Shown piece after piece: positions 35,487 to 49,700 of a stretch of 64,000 nt of DNA (the first letter of the stretch is position 1; each line of letters begins with the position of its first letter). A program made the translations under genes and the position numbers. The notes beneath the pieces are model-generated. The model was not told the origin of the DNA, ran no database searches, and was given only the letters and a program-made list of their open reading frames with translations. This DNA is from Trichoplax adhaerens (lineage: Eukaryota > Animalia > Placozoa): contig NW_002060947.1 of the NCBI RefSeq assembly GCF_000150275.1, positions 6,026,286 to 6,090,285 on the forward strand. Direction: 5' to 3'.

Positions 35487-38245
35487 ACAGATATATAATC
35501 GGCAGATTCTGCACTTTTTTTAACGCTAAATTGCACGATAGTTCGTTAAGAAATCACAATCGATATTATCACCTTATCCTGTAGGATATTTTCACTTTCA
35601 TTCCTTCTCCATCGTACTTTTCAGCAGGAAATACTCTAGTCAAGCGAACTATGGCGTATACAGTAACTCGTAGATTCTACAACAGACATGATTTTAAGGC
35701 CAAATTAATCGTACAGTCCCCTAAATGATCACAATCGTAATCCTATATATGTTGTTAGGAGAAATTTTCCAATTTCGAATAATTCTTCATATTCTATCTG
35801 GTATTTTAGAATGCTTCCTTCAACGCCACCATCAAAGTGATGAATGGCATCTACACGAGAATGTTACCGAATTTTTTTTGGTTCTGATCGAAACGCGAAA
35901 GTGTTTCCTCCATTTCTTTGTAAGTCCTGTATGATCGATAGATTGAAGACGCTTTCAGTATCCAATATCCTTTTCGCCATGTTGTTTTCGTCTACTTTCC
36001 TTCTCCATTACGTCATCACTAGGGTAGTACTCTTTTGCAATAAAATACAACCACTTAATCAAATAGAAATGCTTCTACTTTACTTTCAGAAATATTTATA
36101 TCGCTTTAATTTATATTTAGTTACGAAGGAATAGATAGAATGGAATGGTAATTTTCTGTATATGCTATTTCCTGATAAATAAGCAAACTACCGCTGCTGG
36201 ATAGGCGTATACAGAGATTGTGTTTATTATAGTGAATCAAATTGCTTCATTACTATTAATGAAAAGATACAAGTAGAAAACATTGCTATTCTGAGTGGAC
36301 TATGTAATCATTTCTTCGATCTTGACTATGTACCGTATATGTTGTAGGATAGTAGACAGTTAGGCTATCATCGCTAGAGTATGGATTGCCGTTTATGGAT
36401 GTAATCATCTGTTTGATCTTGACGATGTACCGTTAATGTTGTAGAATAGTAGACAGTTAGGCTATCATCGCTAGAGTATGGATTACCCTTTATGGATGTA
36501 ATCATCTGTTTGATCTTGACGATGTACTGTCAATGTTGTAGAATAGTAGACATTAGGCTATCATCGTTAGAATATGCGATGTAATCATCAATTCAATCTT
36601 GACCATGTACCGTATATATTGTTGAATAATAGACAGTTAGGCTATCATCGCTAGAGTATGGATTGCCGTTTATGGATGTAATCATCTGTTTGATCTTGAC
36701 GATGTACCGTTAATGTTGTAGAATAGTAGACACTTAGGCTATCATCGTTAGAATATGCGACGTAATCATCAATTCAATCTTGATCATGTATATATATTGT
36801 TGAATAATAGACAGTTAGATTATCATCGCTAAAGTATGGAATTGCCGTTATGGATGTAATCATCTGTTTGATCTTGACGATATACCGTAAATATTGTAGA
36901 ATAGTACAAACTTAAGCTATCATACAGAATTGCTCTTTCTATGGAATCATCAATTTAATCTTAACAATGTATATATATTGTAGAATAATTGATACTTCGA
37001 CTATCATCGTTAGAATATAGAATTGCAGTTACTGTATTCATGCTACCATCAATGTATCTCCACTATTGTAGAATAATTGATACTTAAACTACAATCATTA
37101 GAATATGAAATTGCAGTTGCTGTATCCATGCCACCATCTATTGATCTCGACTACTGTAGAATAATTGATACTTGGACTACGATCGTCAGAATATGGAATT
37201 GCAGTTGCCGTACTGATATACGAGTTTTATAGAATAATAGACACTTTTAGGCTAATTTAGGCTCATCGCTAGAGTATGGAATGGCTGGTATCAATATAAT
37301 CTATTTGATCTTGAGTATGTACATACTGTATATGTTTTAGAATAGTGAGACACTTGGGCTATCATCGTTAGAATATGAAATTGCTGTTACAATGGAATCA
37401 TCAATTTAACCTTAACAGTGTGTATGTTGTAGAACAATTGATAGTTAGATAATTATCATCATTAGAATATGGAATTGCGGTTACTGTATCCATATCATCA
37501 TCAATTGGATCTCGACCATGTCTCGATTCTGTATATGTTGCAGAATAATACACACTCTTAGGCTATCACCTGTAATTAATTATTGAAATGTAATCATCAA
37601 TCTGATCTCGACTATGTATATGTTATAGAATAATAGACACTTTTAGGCTATTATCAATTATTGAAATGGAATCATGAATAATCTGATTTTGACTATGTAT
37701 GTGTTGAATGTTGCAGAATAAGACCGGGCACGTTAATGTGAATACAAGTGAACAATTGTTATCCAAAGCTCAAAGTAATAATTCAATCTGTGTACAGTGT
37801 CGAGAGGCTTATAATCATTTAACTGCAACCTACGCCATGTTAACTCCTCGCGTAGCTCTATGTGGAGATATCGTCTACATGGTAATGACTCAATAGAATA
37901 TTATAAAATAACGGATGCTCGTTTTTCTCGAACTGTAAACTTTTATCTCCTAATTTCTCAATCATTCCATGTATAATCTTCACTTAATGGCGCGTCTCTA
38001 TTTTGCAGATCAATATTACCAGGACGAAATGGATCAATGAATGGAAATGCAACGCCAAATCAGATGATCTCACTTGGCTGGTTATCATATCAACGTTAGC
38101 TTTTTTATCTCCAGTAATCTTTTACGGCTATACCACTATAAACGGAAGAAAAAAGGATAAAGCGGAAACTTTAAACACCACTTGTGCAAGTAATCATAAT
38201 CCTGGTGAAAAAGAACCACCTGTAGTTGATGCTGTACAATCATAG
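34790..38245 (+). CDS. OSTM1: Osteopetrosis-associated transmembrane protein 1 (ClC-7 beta subunit)
   Basis: Exons 34790-35267, 35810-35919, 37717-37881 and 38009-38245. Signal peptide, Cys pattern (FIQC..FRMCRNC, LWKSCSCNECF, ICVQCREAY, LCGDIVYMINITRTKW..WKC), single C-terminal TM ending in PVIFY. Confidence 0.88.
35459..35485. repeat. (TA)n microsatellite
   Basis: Uninterrupted TA run in OSTM1 intron 1. Confidence 0.95.
36295..37720. repeat. ~83-97 bp satellite filling OSTM1 intron 2, with higher-order alternation
   Basis: Anchor 'atgtaatcat' at 36302, 36399, 36496, 36579, 36676, 36760 and 36854. Degenerate units with 'gttgtagaata.tagac' continue to the exon 3 acceptor. Confidence 0.92.
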
Positions 38246-39474
38246 CTATATTCTTAACTTAGCATTGCAATACAATTTGCCCAAATTATTTTCCTATCAG
38301 TGTATTTTCCTGTATACTTGATCTTTTATCAGAAATTTCTTACTAGTGAGTTTTAAAGATTAATGCTATTTTTGTCACCAATTTTTTTAAATATTTAGAA
38401 ATACCAGCTGCTGATGATGCGTAAAATGATTTTGTTTCGAATTTTAATACATGACTCATAAATGTTTGCAGACGCCTTAAGAGATTCTGTTTTAACGTTT
38501 TAATAGCACTTGACGAAAACAACGCTTCCATTCAAAATATATAATAGCAGCATTGGTCACGCTGCAATCATTTCAAGTAAATACCGTCTTATAGGTGTGA
38601 CGTAGAAAGAAAAGCTTTACTACTATTCAAGTAAAAATGATATATTATGAGCAAATTGTGATTACTATCACTGGCATCAGCATGACTATGACCAACAGAT
38701 AGATATTCAACCTTGTAACTAAGAAATCTTGTGCGTTATAGGAATGACTGGTAACTTTTTCTATTATTGTATAACGAATCGAAATCTATGTTTCTAACGA
38801 TAAGAAATATTCGGTCGATTCTAAAGGCTGATTTTAAAGTTTACCACTAAACTGAAATTGTAATGACAACGTTGTTAAAACTATATTTATATACATACAT
38901 GCATACAATATATATATATGTTATATATATGTATAGGTACTTACAAGTCTAAAATGCTATTACCATGATACGAATTACTACTTCTTTACAATTAGCAAGA
39001 TGAACGCGAGATATCTAAAGTTCATTTAAATATAATATAATCTCTAATCAATTTTTTATTAGCAATCTATCAATAAAACATTTGTAAGCCATTATCATTA
39101 TGTACAGATTATCCTTTGATGTAACATTATAGCGTGACTACTGAAAATATCAGAAATCAATCCGAGATCATTTTTCGGTGGCTCTCGGTGTAAATATCTT
39201 CCAAGAAAAGCAAAATAGTAACATACTATTTTAAGGATAACAATGTTCTTGCAATAAGAAACAAATAATTTATAACTTTTAGATTGCAATAAATAGTCTT
39301 TGTAACCTGTATAGCTCCATTAAAAAATAGACAACATTAAAAAAGGTTGATACGTACTTTAAAGAAAAATAATTTGCTTGCCAATTATGCTGTGTCAATT
39401 CACAAGAAATCCTTTAAAATTAGACTGCATCAATTCTTAGGATGTAATGATACAATAAAGCTGAAGAGCATCGA

Positions 39475-42400
39475 TTATTTGCTTTCAAAATTTCTCTCCG
39501 CAATGCATGCTTCCCAATATTGTTCCGATTGCATTTCAATTAGACGAGAAATAACACGTTCAAATGCAAAAATCTCTTCTTCTGCAGTAAAAATACTAGC
39601 ATTGGCATCTTTATCAAACTATGAATGATCATAAAAAACAGAAATTACATCAGTATCGGTGAATACATGTATAATAGAACCGTACTCTACCCATAGAAAA
39701 TACAAACTAGTTTTGTCGAAAATACATTAACATTACCTCGGAAATTCCCAGATCGTCCATTAACATTCGCTTCGCATCCGTTACCTTTTTTGATGATTTG
39801 GTACTAAATAAATCTTCCGCTATTTTTTCAGCTGAGCAAACCACCCTCACCTAATAATTAATGACCATGAAATAGTAATGTTCTTATTAAAGTATTGTAG
39901 TATGAATAAATAAGCAGTAACTTGAATTAGTTGAATTACTTTATTATCATATAATGTATCAATTAGGACGATAAATCTTCTGGCTTCTGTCCTCAAAGCA
40001 AGATTGAGAATCGGTATATTTCTTATCAATAAAACATCAAAATGGCGGCATATTTCCAAGTAATCAGCTGCACTAACAGGCTGTAGGAAATGAATAGAAA
40101 AGGTGTAAGAATTAAATTAAAAATCAGATAATTTTCTATAATTGGTTCATATACAAGTCTTCAAAACTCTTATTAACAATAAAAGCAACAGTGCTTAAAT
40201 GATCGAACATGTAGTTTCAAGTAAGCACCATATATGCACTCTCTGGCATAAGCGCACTAATACAAGAATAGTAATAATTAATGTACCTGGGCGCACAACT
40301 GCTCAAATGTAAAATCGGCAATCCTCCCACATGCTATAGGGATTTCGAGATCGCGACCAAGATGACGCAATACTCTCTTACCGGTCTCTGTTGGAATAAA
40401 ATTGAAAGCATAGCTACAATTAATATTAACCATAGAAATCAATCGATTATTGAGAATTTATTTTCCTACTACCATACCTTGACCTTCTTTAGCGGCTAAT
40501 TGTGCAAATATCTTATTTAATTCATTTTCTGCATCTGATTCACTAGACCTAAAATTAATCGTAAAGTTAATATACGAGTTTAATTATTGCATGATTAGTA
40601 CTAGTAACAACTTGAAATTATAAAGAAAATTTTACACAAAGTAAACTTGTCCTCCACTCGGTAGTACTCTTGAAGCTGAATGAAATGGCATAAAATTTTT
40701 TTAATACGATAAAGTATCTGGTAGACACTGAAGTTCAATATAACTACCTGATCGTCGATAATCAATGCCAGAATCTAGCGGTACTATATGGCAATTACTC
40801 TATAATAGAGTAAAAGAATAAATTGAGCTTAAAACAATCAGAAAAATGATTCAACAACGGTGCCAATGACCTTCAATATAGGTATGAAAGGCAAGAAATT
40901 GCTTCTCTGTAATCCGTTTTTATATAAATCTGTTGGCCAAAAAAATGCACACGTTATATCTTTCAATTTGGTAATGTAAAGATTACACTTATGTAACGAA
41001 TGCCATAACAAGCAGCCTAAGCATTTATACCGTCCGGTATTCTGTTTGAAGTAGCAATAATGACAACTCCGTAATCAAATAAGGTTGTAAATAGCCGTTT
41101 CAGTATCATAGCGTCAGCGATATCTGTAACCTAACAAACGAACATTGTATTTTAAATCTCCATTTAAATGCTATAGTATATTATAAAGAGACCATTACTT
41201 TATATTCTTAACAGTACAGTATTCAATGCTTTACCTGGAATTCATCAAAGCAAAGCAGCCATGTATCCTCTGCGATATCGCTAGCAACAGGTGGAATGGG
41301 ATCGTACTTGTGAGGTTTTTCTCGTCCAGCTTGGAAGGGAATATTTGTCTTGAATTGATGTATTCCTACGATATTCAACAGTAAGTAGATATAATTTTAG
41401 ACTACTATTAACTCTGAAGAGCACCTTTCATTGCAGTATTAATCATATCCATAAGGGAATACATACGTGCGTGGACATCTAGCATAAAGGCATTAAAATG
41501 TACGCGTTGTTTCTTTTCAATTGGAATGTTATTGTAAAATAAATCCATCAACATTGTTTTTCCTGAACCTAAAAATGAAGATTGTAACCATTAGATCAAA
41601 AGTATAGTAGCTAACTGATATTTTTTGCCATGTGTTTCAACTTTCAAGTCATCAACCTTCATAGAGCCTCTAATTATGATGATGTCATCTCTTGGTTGTG
41701 AGCATTGATATATTACTCTATCACTTAGTGTACCTCAATTCATGGTATATTCAATAGACACTATGGCTACGATGTATGCAACCTACCGACACTGCCATAC
41801 ATGTAAATTCCTTTTGGTCTTTTTACACGGTTGCCACCAAAACCAAACATCTATTGATGCAGAATGAAATCAACACAGTACAGTCATGAGTATAATTTTT
41901 TGGGACGCTATACAATCTGTTACTTTCTACAACATTAACATGAGTCGTTTAACAGAAAGTTTATGTGATCACTACCACGAATGATGATTTTCCATTAGTA
42001 CAGTACACGTAAAATGGACTGGGACTTTTAGTCGAACGCAACGACTTAATTATTATAAGATCCTTAACACGGGGTGTCATTCATTACAAGCTAGTCATTC
42101 ACAATTTTGGACATACCTTGCTGAATAATCCAGGCCTTTCAGGTTGATAATGAAGTAGTCCATCGTAAACATGGTTTAACTCTTTGATAATTTGCATTTG
42201 ATGTGAATCCAACGTTAGGCTTCCATCTTGGACAAGCTGATGATACTTTTGGATTAATTGGCCATCGTGGGCATTGTTTGTTTGAGGATTTCCTACAAGC
42301 AATCAAACATATCCAAATCATGTTGAATTGAATTGAATACCCTAAATCCATGACATCCAAGGCAAATCTCTACTATACAATTGTCTATAAAATAAGTAGT

Positions 42401-42782
42401 CGATTAAAGATTAAGCTATTTGTGCGTCTATCTCCAACAGATCATTTATTCAACGTTGGGATTAACCAATTCATTCATTGGCCATGATGAATTTCCTGAC
42501 TCTCTCAACAGTATACCGTACTCAACACTAGTATACAGTATTGAAATTATACCGACATCATGGTCATTGTTAGTCCTTCCTTATCATTCCTAGTCCATGT
42601 CGCACAACAGACGTCGCTACGGGCAATTCAAATGAAAACATGCTAACCAATATAAAATAAAATCACTTACCTTGAATAAGAGTTCGTCTAGCAAAGTAAA
42701 GGAGTGAATTTGAAGGAAAGAAGGAGTTGTTAGAAGAAGGAAAAAGGCGATAACGACAGCAACGTAGGGCCAAGGTCGCCAT
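39475..42782 (-). CDS. AFG1L: AFG1-like mitochondrial AAA+ ATPase (LACE1)
   Basis: Presequence exon 42782-42671 ([14 protein letters not shown]..). Motifs [22 protein letters not shown] (Walker A), [34 protein letters not shown] (Walker B), [50 protein letters not shown]. Confidence 0.96.
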
Positions 42783-42827
42783 GCCGGCTCGTCGCCGCAA
42801 TTTGGAGTGGGAAGTGGCCCGATCGGG

Positions 42828-42910
42828 TACAGTACCGTACAGTACATTCTCTACAGTCTATATACTATGAGTTATAGTATACTGTACACTGTACACTGTA
42901 CAGTACTGTG
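42828..42910. promoter_or_regulatory. TACAGT/ACTGTA array just upstream of the AFG1L start
   Basis: gtacagtaccgtacagtac...actgtacactgtacactgtacagtactgtg. Confidence 0.45.
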
Positions 42911-42971
42911 TGGTTTGATGGCTCTTAAGGACATGAGAACTGCGCATTTATTTGGTGTAGAACAGTAAGTT

Positions 42972-43372
42972 ATAACCAAAATAAATGTCACCCATGGCGA
43001 TTATTTGGCATTATGCGTAGTTGATGTCGACATGTATATTGTCATATATAAGATGACATATATACCAAACATGCGTATGTCGGTAGGAAGCTAAGGGGAG
43101 AGTGTAGAAAATATGTGTCGTTACATTCACATACAGTATATACGTCTTAAGTAGTGAATTTGGCGGAAAGAAGGAGTTGTTAGAAGAAAGAAAAAGGCGA
43201 TAGCGACATTCGAACTGCACTATTATCCGTCTAATGTACGGGATAACCAAAATAAGTGTCACCCGTGGCGATTATTTCGCATAATAGATTGCATGTGCTA
43301 TACTAAACAACGTGTATATCCGTAGGAAGGCCTGCGGAGGTGTGTAAAATACGTGTCGTTACATTGACATAC
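42972..43372. repeat. Direct duplication in the AFG1L-MPC1 intergenic region, enclosing a copy of part of AFG1L exon 1
   Basis: 'ataaccaaaataa.tgtcaccc.tggcgattattt' at 42972 and 43243; 43153-43208 matches 42703-42758. Confidence 0.85.
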
Positions 43373-43925
43373 ATCACAGCTGACTGTCCGTCTGAGGTGC
43401 ATCGAGTAGTGTAATGCGGTAGAGTCATTCAGGCATAGGTTTTATACTGGACTCCAACTGGTATTCCGTACAGTATACTGTAGTCCTGAATACCGTCCGG
43501 CTGTTACGCCCCGCCCTTTCTTTGGCAAAGGAGAACGAAACGTCAACTGGAAGGACTTCTGGACCGGGTTTGCCTTTGTTGGCTTTACTCTATACAAATG
43601 TAGTAGTATTGGCCATACAGCATTGCTTGTATAAGGTTTCACAGAGGATCACTGTCTCGCTTGGGAATGCTGTATGGATGCTAGTATTTCTATGGTTGGT
43701 TTTAGCTCACCCTATGCTATAGTATAGAAAAAGGTCGGCGATTTCATACTAAAGACAGTATAGTGATCTAAACTATAGCAATGACCCATACTGTACTACA
43801 ATACTTTCAGTGCGCTAGGATTTTAGCCGATCATCCATCATCTTGATCAAGAAGGACAAGCAAATTGCTTCCAGGCTTTGCATTTTCTGCAGCATCGATT
43901 CCAATCCACTCGCTCATTTCTAGCC

Positions 43926-46098
43926 ATGGCTGCTCAATTTAGGAAATTTTTTCAAGCACTAGGCAGTAAAGAGTTTCGAAATTATTTAATGAGGTAAATG
44001 ATGATGTAGAATAAGCCTAGAATGGATTAAGATTGGATCGGGTTAGGTTCAATAATTGTGCAGTAGTCTACTGGTGGTAGCTAAATGGTTTTGCCTAGTG
44101 CAAGATCAATCGAGAAGCTTTGATAACCAGCAGTACCCGTAGTCCAACTCCTAGTCTTTAAAATGGAGAGGAATCCATGTTATTTTGACACTAACTTGTC
44201 TATCTTGATGTATCAATTTGCAAAAGTAAGGTAGATAGTGATTCGTACTACTTTGCTAAACTCTAATATCTTTAATCTGGGTATTGTCTCTATCGCATGA
44301 TTGACCGTTTCTCCTTGCATCATTTGCCTTCCAGCACGGTAAGTTTGATTAGTATAATTTTACAATCATGATACTAGTCAATATTCAGTTCCAGCTACGA
44401 TTCTGCTTGCATAGCAGACACGTGTATCTTATTCCTCTCTTCCAATGACATGTTTACTAATGTTTTCCTTTATCTATACTGGATTCCTGAACGCTCGATG
44501 CCACCACAGCATTTTTGGGGGCCAGGTTAGCTGAGTGAAATAAAATAACATACTCGTACTCGTGAGATATTGGACGGCAATAAAGTGATAACCATTTTCA
44601 GCAACTAGTCCTCAATCAGTAGTAGCTAAGAATAGCTATACTGTTCTTATACTGGTGTAGTAATTTATTGATAGAGACTATTCTAACAATTTTTCTTCAA
44701 CAGATTAGTTTATATACTAGTAATTAGCGGTGATTTAGTACAATAACCTTTTCGCCAATTTGCTACCACAATACTCGTAGAATCATCGCTATAGCCACTT
44801 AATTAATTGCTACAGAACACGTAAACATCATTGGTACTATAAATAGTAAAGTAAAGAAGCTTCAAGTCCACAATATATTCAATCTGTGTATCCCTACCCG
44901 TAAAAATAATCTTTTACATACAATATGTTGCTACTGTAGTACACATGTCGATAACGATCAAATCCATGCTGATCGAATGTTCCTTAGGTGCAGTGAAATT
45001 AGTACATTCTTACTTACATGGTAGTTAGAAATACTCCACAGATTTGTCATGAAAACATCGCCTAAGATATCGAATGCTTCTTAGGTGTAGTGGAATAGGT
45101 ACATTCTTACTTACGTAATAGTTAGAAATACTCCGTAGAACTTGTCATGAAAACATCGCCTAAGATACGAGATAGCTCACTACAATATCAGATATATATG
45201 AACTAGTTCAATAGTGAAGGTATATTAAATGAATAATAAATGGCTATCAATACGCCTTTAACCGTTAGGCTACATCGCTATGCCGTTCGGATCAAAGTAG
45301 CCCAACGCACGTTGATCTGGAAGTCAACATCGTTTGACTACCCTAGTATTACTTTTCTATCTAGTAGAAGAAATACAGTTGTGAAAACGTCAATGTAGAA
45401 ACTGTATTTTAATTTATGATCAGCAAATATGAGCGTACAATAATACACTATTGATATATGCGTTGTATACAGTAATACAATATATATAATGCCGAACGTT
45501 AATATTATCCTTGTCAATAAAGGTGCATGTTTCTTTTACAGTGGCTAACTGGGGAATTCCAATTGCTGCGATTATTGATATGAAGAAAGATCCCGAAATT
45601 ATCAGTGGCAAAATGACAACAGGTATATACTTAGATTTCTAACCACTGTATAGGCTAAACCTCAGTTCTGTAACATTATTTACTCATACAAAGTATGTCG
45701 ATATCATAAAGATGAAAGCCGTATAGGCGTATAGAAATATACTCGTAGATTTGGCCTAGTGAAGCAACATAAATTATCGGTTGGTTAACCACGTATATCT
45801 TTTTCTGTCGTCAATTACAGCTTTATGCGTTTACTCAGCCGTGTTTATGAGATTCGCATGGATGGTCCAGCCTCGTAATTATTTATTATTTGCTTGCCAT
45901 ATAACCAACGAAGGTGCTCAACTGATCCAAGGAGGCCGTTTAATACGCTACACGTTAGTACTAACAAGAAGAGTATTTATTCCATTCGTTGTTGAATTGC
46001 AAATCATTTAACGTAAAATAATCAATGTATTCTTATTCACCAAATCTGATCAAACTCTGCTAATCTTTGATTTTAAAAGGCTTACCGGAGAGAAGTAA
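43926..46098 (+). CDS. MPC1: Mitochondrial pyruvate carrier 1
   Basis: Exons 43926-43993, 44335-44338 (4 nt), 44510-44525 (16 nt), 45542-45622, 45821-45953 and 46080-46098 give [106 protein letters not shown]. Confidence 0.97.
44972..45168. repeat. ~97 bp tandem duplication in an MPC1 intron
   Basis: 'atcgaatg.t.cttaggtg.agtg.aat..gtacattcttacttac..tagttagaaatactcc..ttgtcatgaaaacatcgcctaagat' occurs twice. Confidence 0.9.
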
Positions 46099-46704
46099 AG
46101 TACCCTTGTTCAATGACTTAAAATCCCGTATGATCTCCTTATAGGCTATATAACATGCAATTCAGAATGTTACAGGGGTAAATTGTGTACGCGAATTTTC
46201 GAAAAATATTCAACTTCAATGGATCGTTTATGATTGGCTCTGCAAAACAATCCATCTGCCTATATAATTAGAGAAGACTTTGATATTGTCAAGTTTTCGT
46301 GCCTACAGATATTAACGATATTAAACCTTGCTATCACTACCAGTATTATTAACATAGAATTGGATATGATCAATTTGCAAACCATTTTTACGGAAAAATT
46401 ATAGTGAGGCTATCAAATTTAAATTAGTTTATTCTAAATTAAAAATTTTTTATCTTTAAATTGCCATTGGTCCATTTTGCGGTATGTTGAAATTGCAATA
46501 TCAACAGTAAATCAGTAAGCTTGTATAATTATCTGTCAAGAGACCTTGACAGGAACTTTTCAAGACGACCATTGTCAAATATCGCATTTGAAGTCACTGT
46601 GCGGTCAAATCCTAGCGTGTCTTATTTTATAAATTTCTTTTATTCAACAAGATCAATAGAAATAAATGTAATTTTGTTTGACAAATTTTGATACACATAT
46701 TCCT

Positions 46705-49700
46705 TTACAAAGCAATTACATTTCGTCCTTTCGATGTCTTTTGAATCTTATTTAAAACTTCTAAACAGTGAATGTCAAGCTGTAGTGCCATGTAATCTGA
46801 AACGCGAAATGATGCATCTTCTTGCGAAACTTCTGATGATCGAAGTCTGCAATGAGGTGTTTACTATAGTCAATAATTGCTGAAGCATATTTATTAAACT
46901 TAAAAGTATTTATACAATATTTCCAATATCAAAAGACTTACAACATTAATTTATCTCGAAGTTCAGTATTGCTTCTTTCTTCATCATCTTCAACGTTTGT
47001 AGCCACTTTTCTATACTTTAACCAACTGAAACAAGCATCACGCTGTCTTTCAAGCATAAATAGTAAGATCGTACAGTTATAAGCTGCTTCTCGGTTTGCT
47101 ATACGTGAAAGAAACTGAAATTTTAGTTCGTGCGACGCGATTATTGTAAGATGAAAACTGTAATGGAACTTAAAAGTAAGATGACGCCTTATTAAGTCAC
47201 ACCTTCATTAAAATGGAAACTATCTTGTAGCAATTTCAAGCCATCACTTAATTTTCCTTGGTTGATTTTAATCAAGGCGATATTATTCAATATTCTCGAC
47301 TACGGCAAAGCATATTTTATGACAATATTAAGAGAAAATTCAATCAGATTTGCGAAAGCGATATGGCCGGTAATTATAACAGTAAAAGGGTAGCTATAAG
47401 CATAGCAGAAAACTGTATCAACATTTAAAGAAACTGTAAATAACTTGTGTCTTTAAGTTACTTTAATTTTGGCAATAGATGCGAAATAGCCATTAGGATC
47501 ACCAACAACTAGGTCGTCTTGCATATGTAAACGATAAGACATTGGTAAAACCTTATTCACAATTTGGAGTGCCCTACAAATTATACAACCAAGCATATAC
47601 AATATTACATTATTTCTATAGCTGCATACAAAGAAATTGATACTTCTGAAAAACATAGTAAATCAGGACATCATGTCGTAGAATATAAATCAGAAACATT
47701 TAAATTACTTCGTAAATAACTGGCTGGCTTCCTCAAATTGCTTTTGATGATAAAGAGCATCCGCTTTCATCAGTAAAACTTGCAGAAATAACCTTATATT
47801 ATTATTAGTCGATAAACTCTCCTTTGTCACTTTCCTCTTTTTTGAAGGATTAGCATCACTGGTAACCGGCATGTAACTACTGGAACTTCGTAATTTTTCA
47901 ATTTCATCTTCAATATGTCCTACTACAATACGTAAAAATGCTTGATGAAACTACAGTGCAATTAATCAGCGGAAATTCTTTTAAACATTTAACATGTACG
48001 ATAGTAATTAGCAATACAAACCTTTCTCTTCCATTATGGATACAAGATAGTTACATATGATTAATGCATCATCATATTGACAATTGCAAAGTAACGATGT
48101 TATCGCAAGACGGTAAATAATAGAAATATCCGGTGCTACAGATAAATGCAATACCTAGAAAGTTAGAAAGTTGGATAGGATATAAGAAACTTACAAGTAC
48201 AATTGCCCTTGACAGTAACCATATTCAAAAATACCTCAAAATTCCATTTTGTGTTAATAATCGATAAGCAGTTTAAGTAAAGTTTGCTGGCAAAAGAATA
48301 TCTATAAAACCCGCTTAGTTAGTATAGTATAAATATGAGCGCTCGCGTAGTGGATGATTGGTAGCAGTGTAAACGTCCAAATTTATCATAAAACACACAG
48401 TTCAATTTTACCTCTGTGCGCGAAGGAATCGAGATGCTACCTCACTACAGAGAAGTACAGGATTCATACAATTACTATCCACAGTAGATGCAAACCGAAA
48501 TCGGCCAGAAACATCCATAGAAGTCAAATCACCATGATTATCATACATCAACCTGCAGTTTTTAATGCGGTGATTTGCAGAAGTAACAGCCATAGCCAGA
48601 TTCTGAATAATCTATACGTAAATGTAAGTTTAGCTTTCTAAAATAAGTACCATATGATATTATGACTGACTGTCTAGACTGATTACTCTATGCTGTATTG
48701 ATCTTTTAGTATACGTAGTATGCAGTTACATCTGCTAGATATTGTAGCATTTGAACTTCCTTCTCTTTGGCACCCGTAACTCTAAATATTTTGGCTATGT
48801 TAAGTAGTGGCTCCACGTTATCAATACTTATTGAAAGGGCTTCTTTATAGTTTAGCAATGCTGTTATATATTTTTTCTAGAGAAAAAATACATTTTTTTA
48901 GTCTTATTAATACGCGTATGTCGACGCTAGCAATGCTGTACTTCTATACCTGCGATGCAAAGCAACATCCAATCATGTTAAATGCGGTTGCTTTGTAGAC
49001 CTCATTGGGTTGTGAACAAACAACTTTGAAGTAGTCGAGAGCTTGATCGATACGGTTTAATTTGTAGCTATTAAAACCTGCAAAAAATATAATTATGTAA
49101 GCTTAGAAATGTGGAAACATATGAAAAAGTAATAAGTATAATACAGTAAAACAAAGCGTACCTTGCAGTACATGAACTACAGTAGGATCGCTAATCTCTT
49201 GTGTCAGTTGTTGAAGACTGACATCATAACATTTTTGATGAAAGGATATCAAGGCTACCATAATATTTCTTTGTAAAAGAAGTTTATTTCCTTGAATTAA
49301 AAGGTAAAATACCTACAATTAATTGCTGCAAACCTCACATGCGAGCCATTTAATAGCTGTATAAACATCTCTTTTACTTTCCAACATTTCAGTTGAATCC
49401 TAGATGTTAAATAATTGAACATCTCATCAATAAGGACATACTAGAACTAATAATTACATCTCATTAAATCGATTAATACTTACCAAATAGCTCGGCTGAA
49501 GTAGATCCAACAATTTACTAGCCGTATCGTCTACAATAAAGTCAAAAGAAAGTAGTAAATACGATATGTAAATTCATCTTTACTGACAGAGCTACTAAGA
49601 CATACATTTATCTTTAATGAGTAGCAGAGCCGACATAATGCAATATGCATTCCATAAATCTGGTACAAGTTCGATCATGAGATCTGGGAGAGTAAGAAGG

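Noticed and set aside
43442-43722. Overlapping 66 aa ORFs between AFG1L and MPC1
   Set aside because: Promoter-like GC-richer DNA with no homology.
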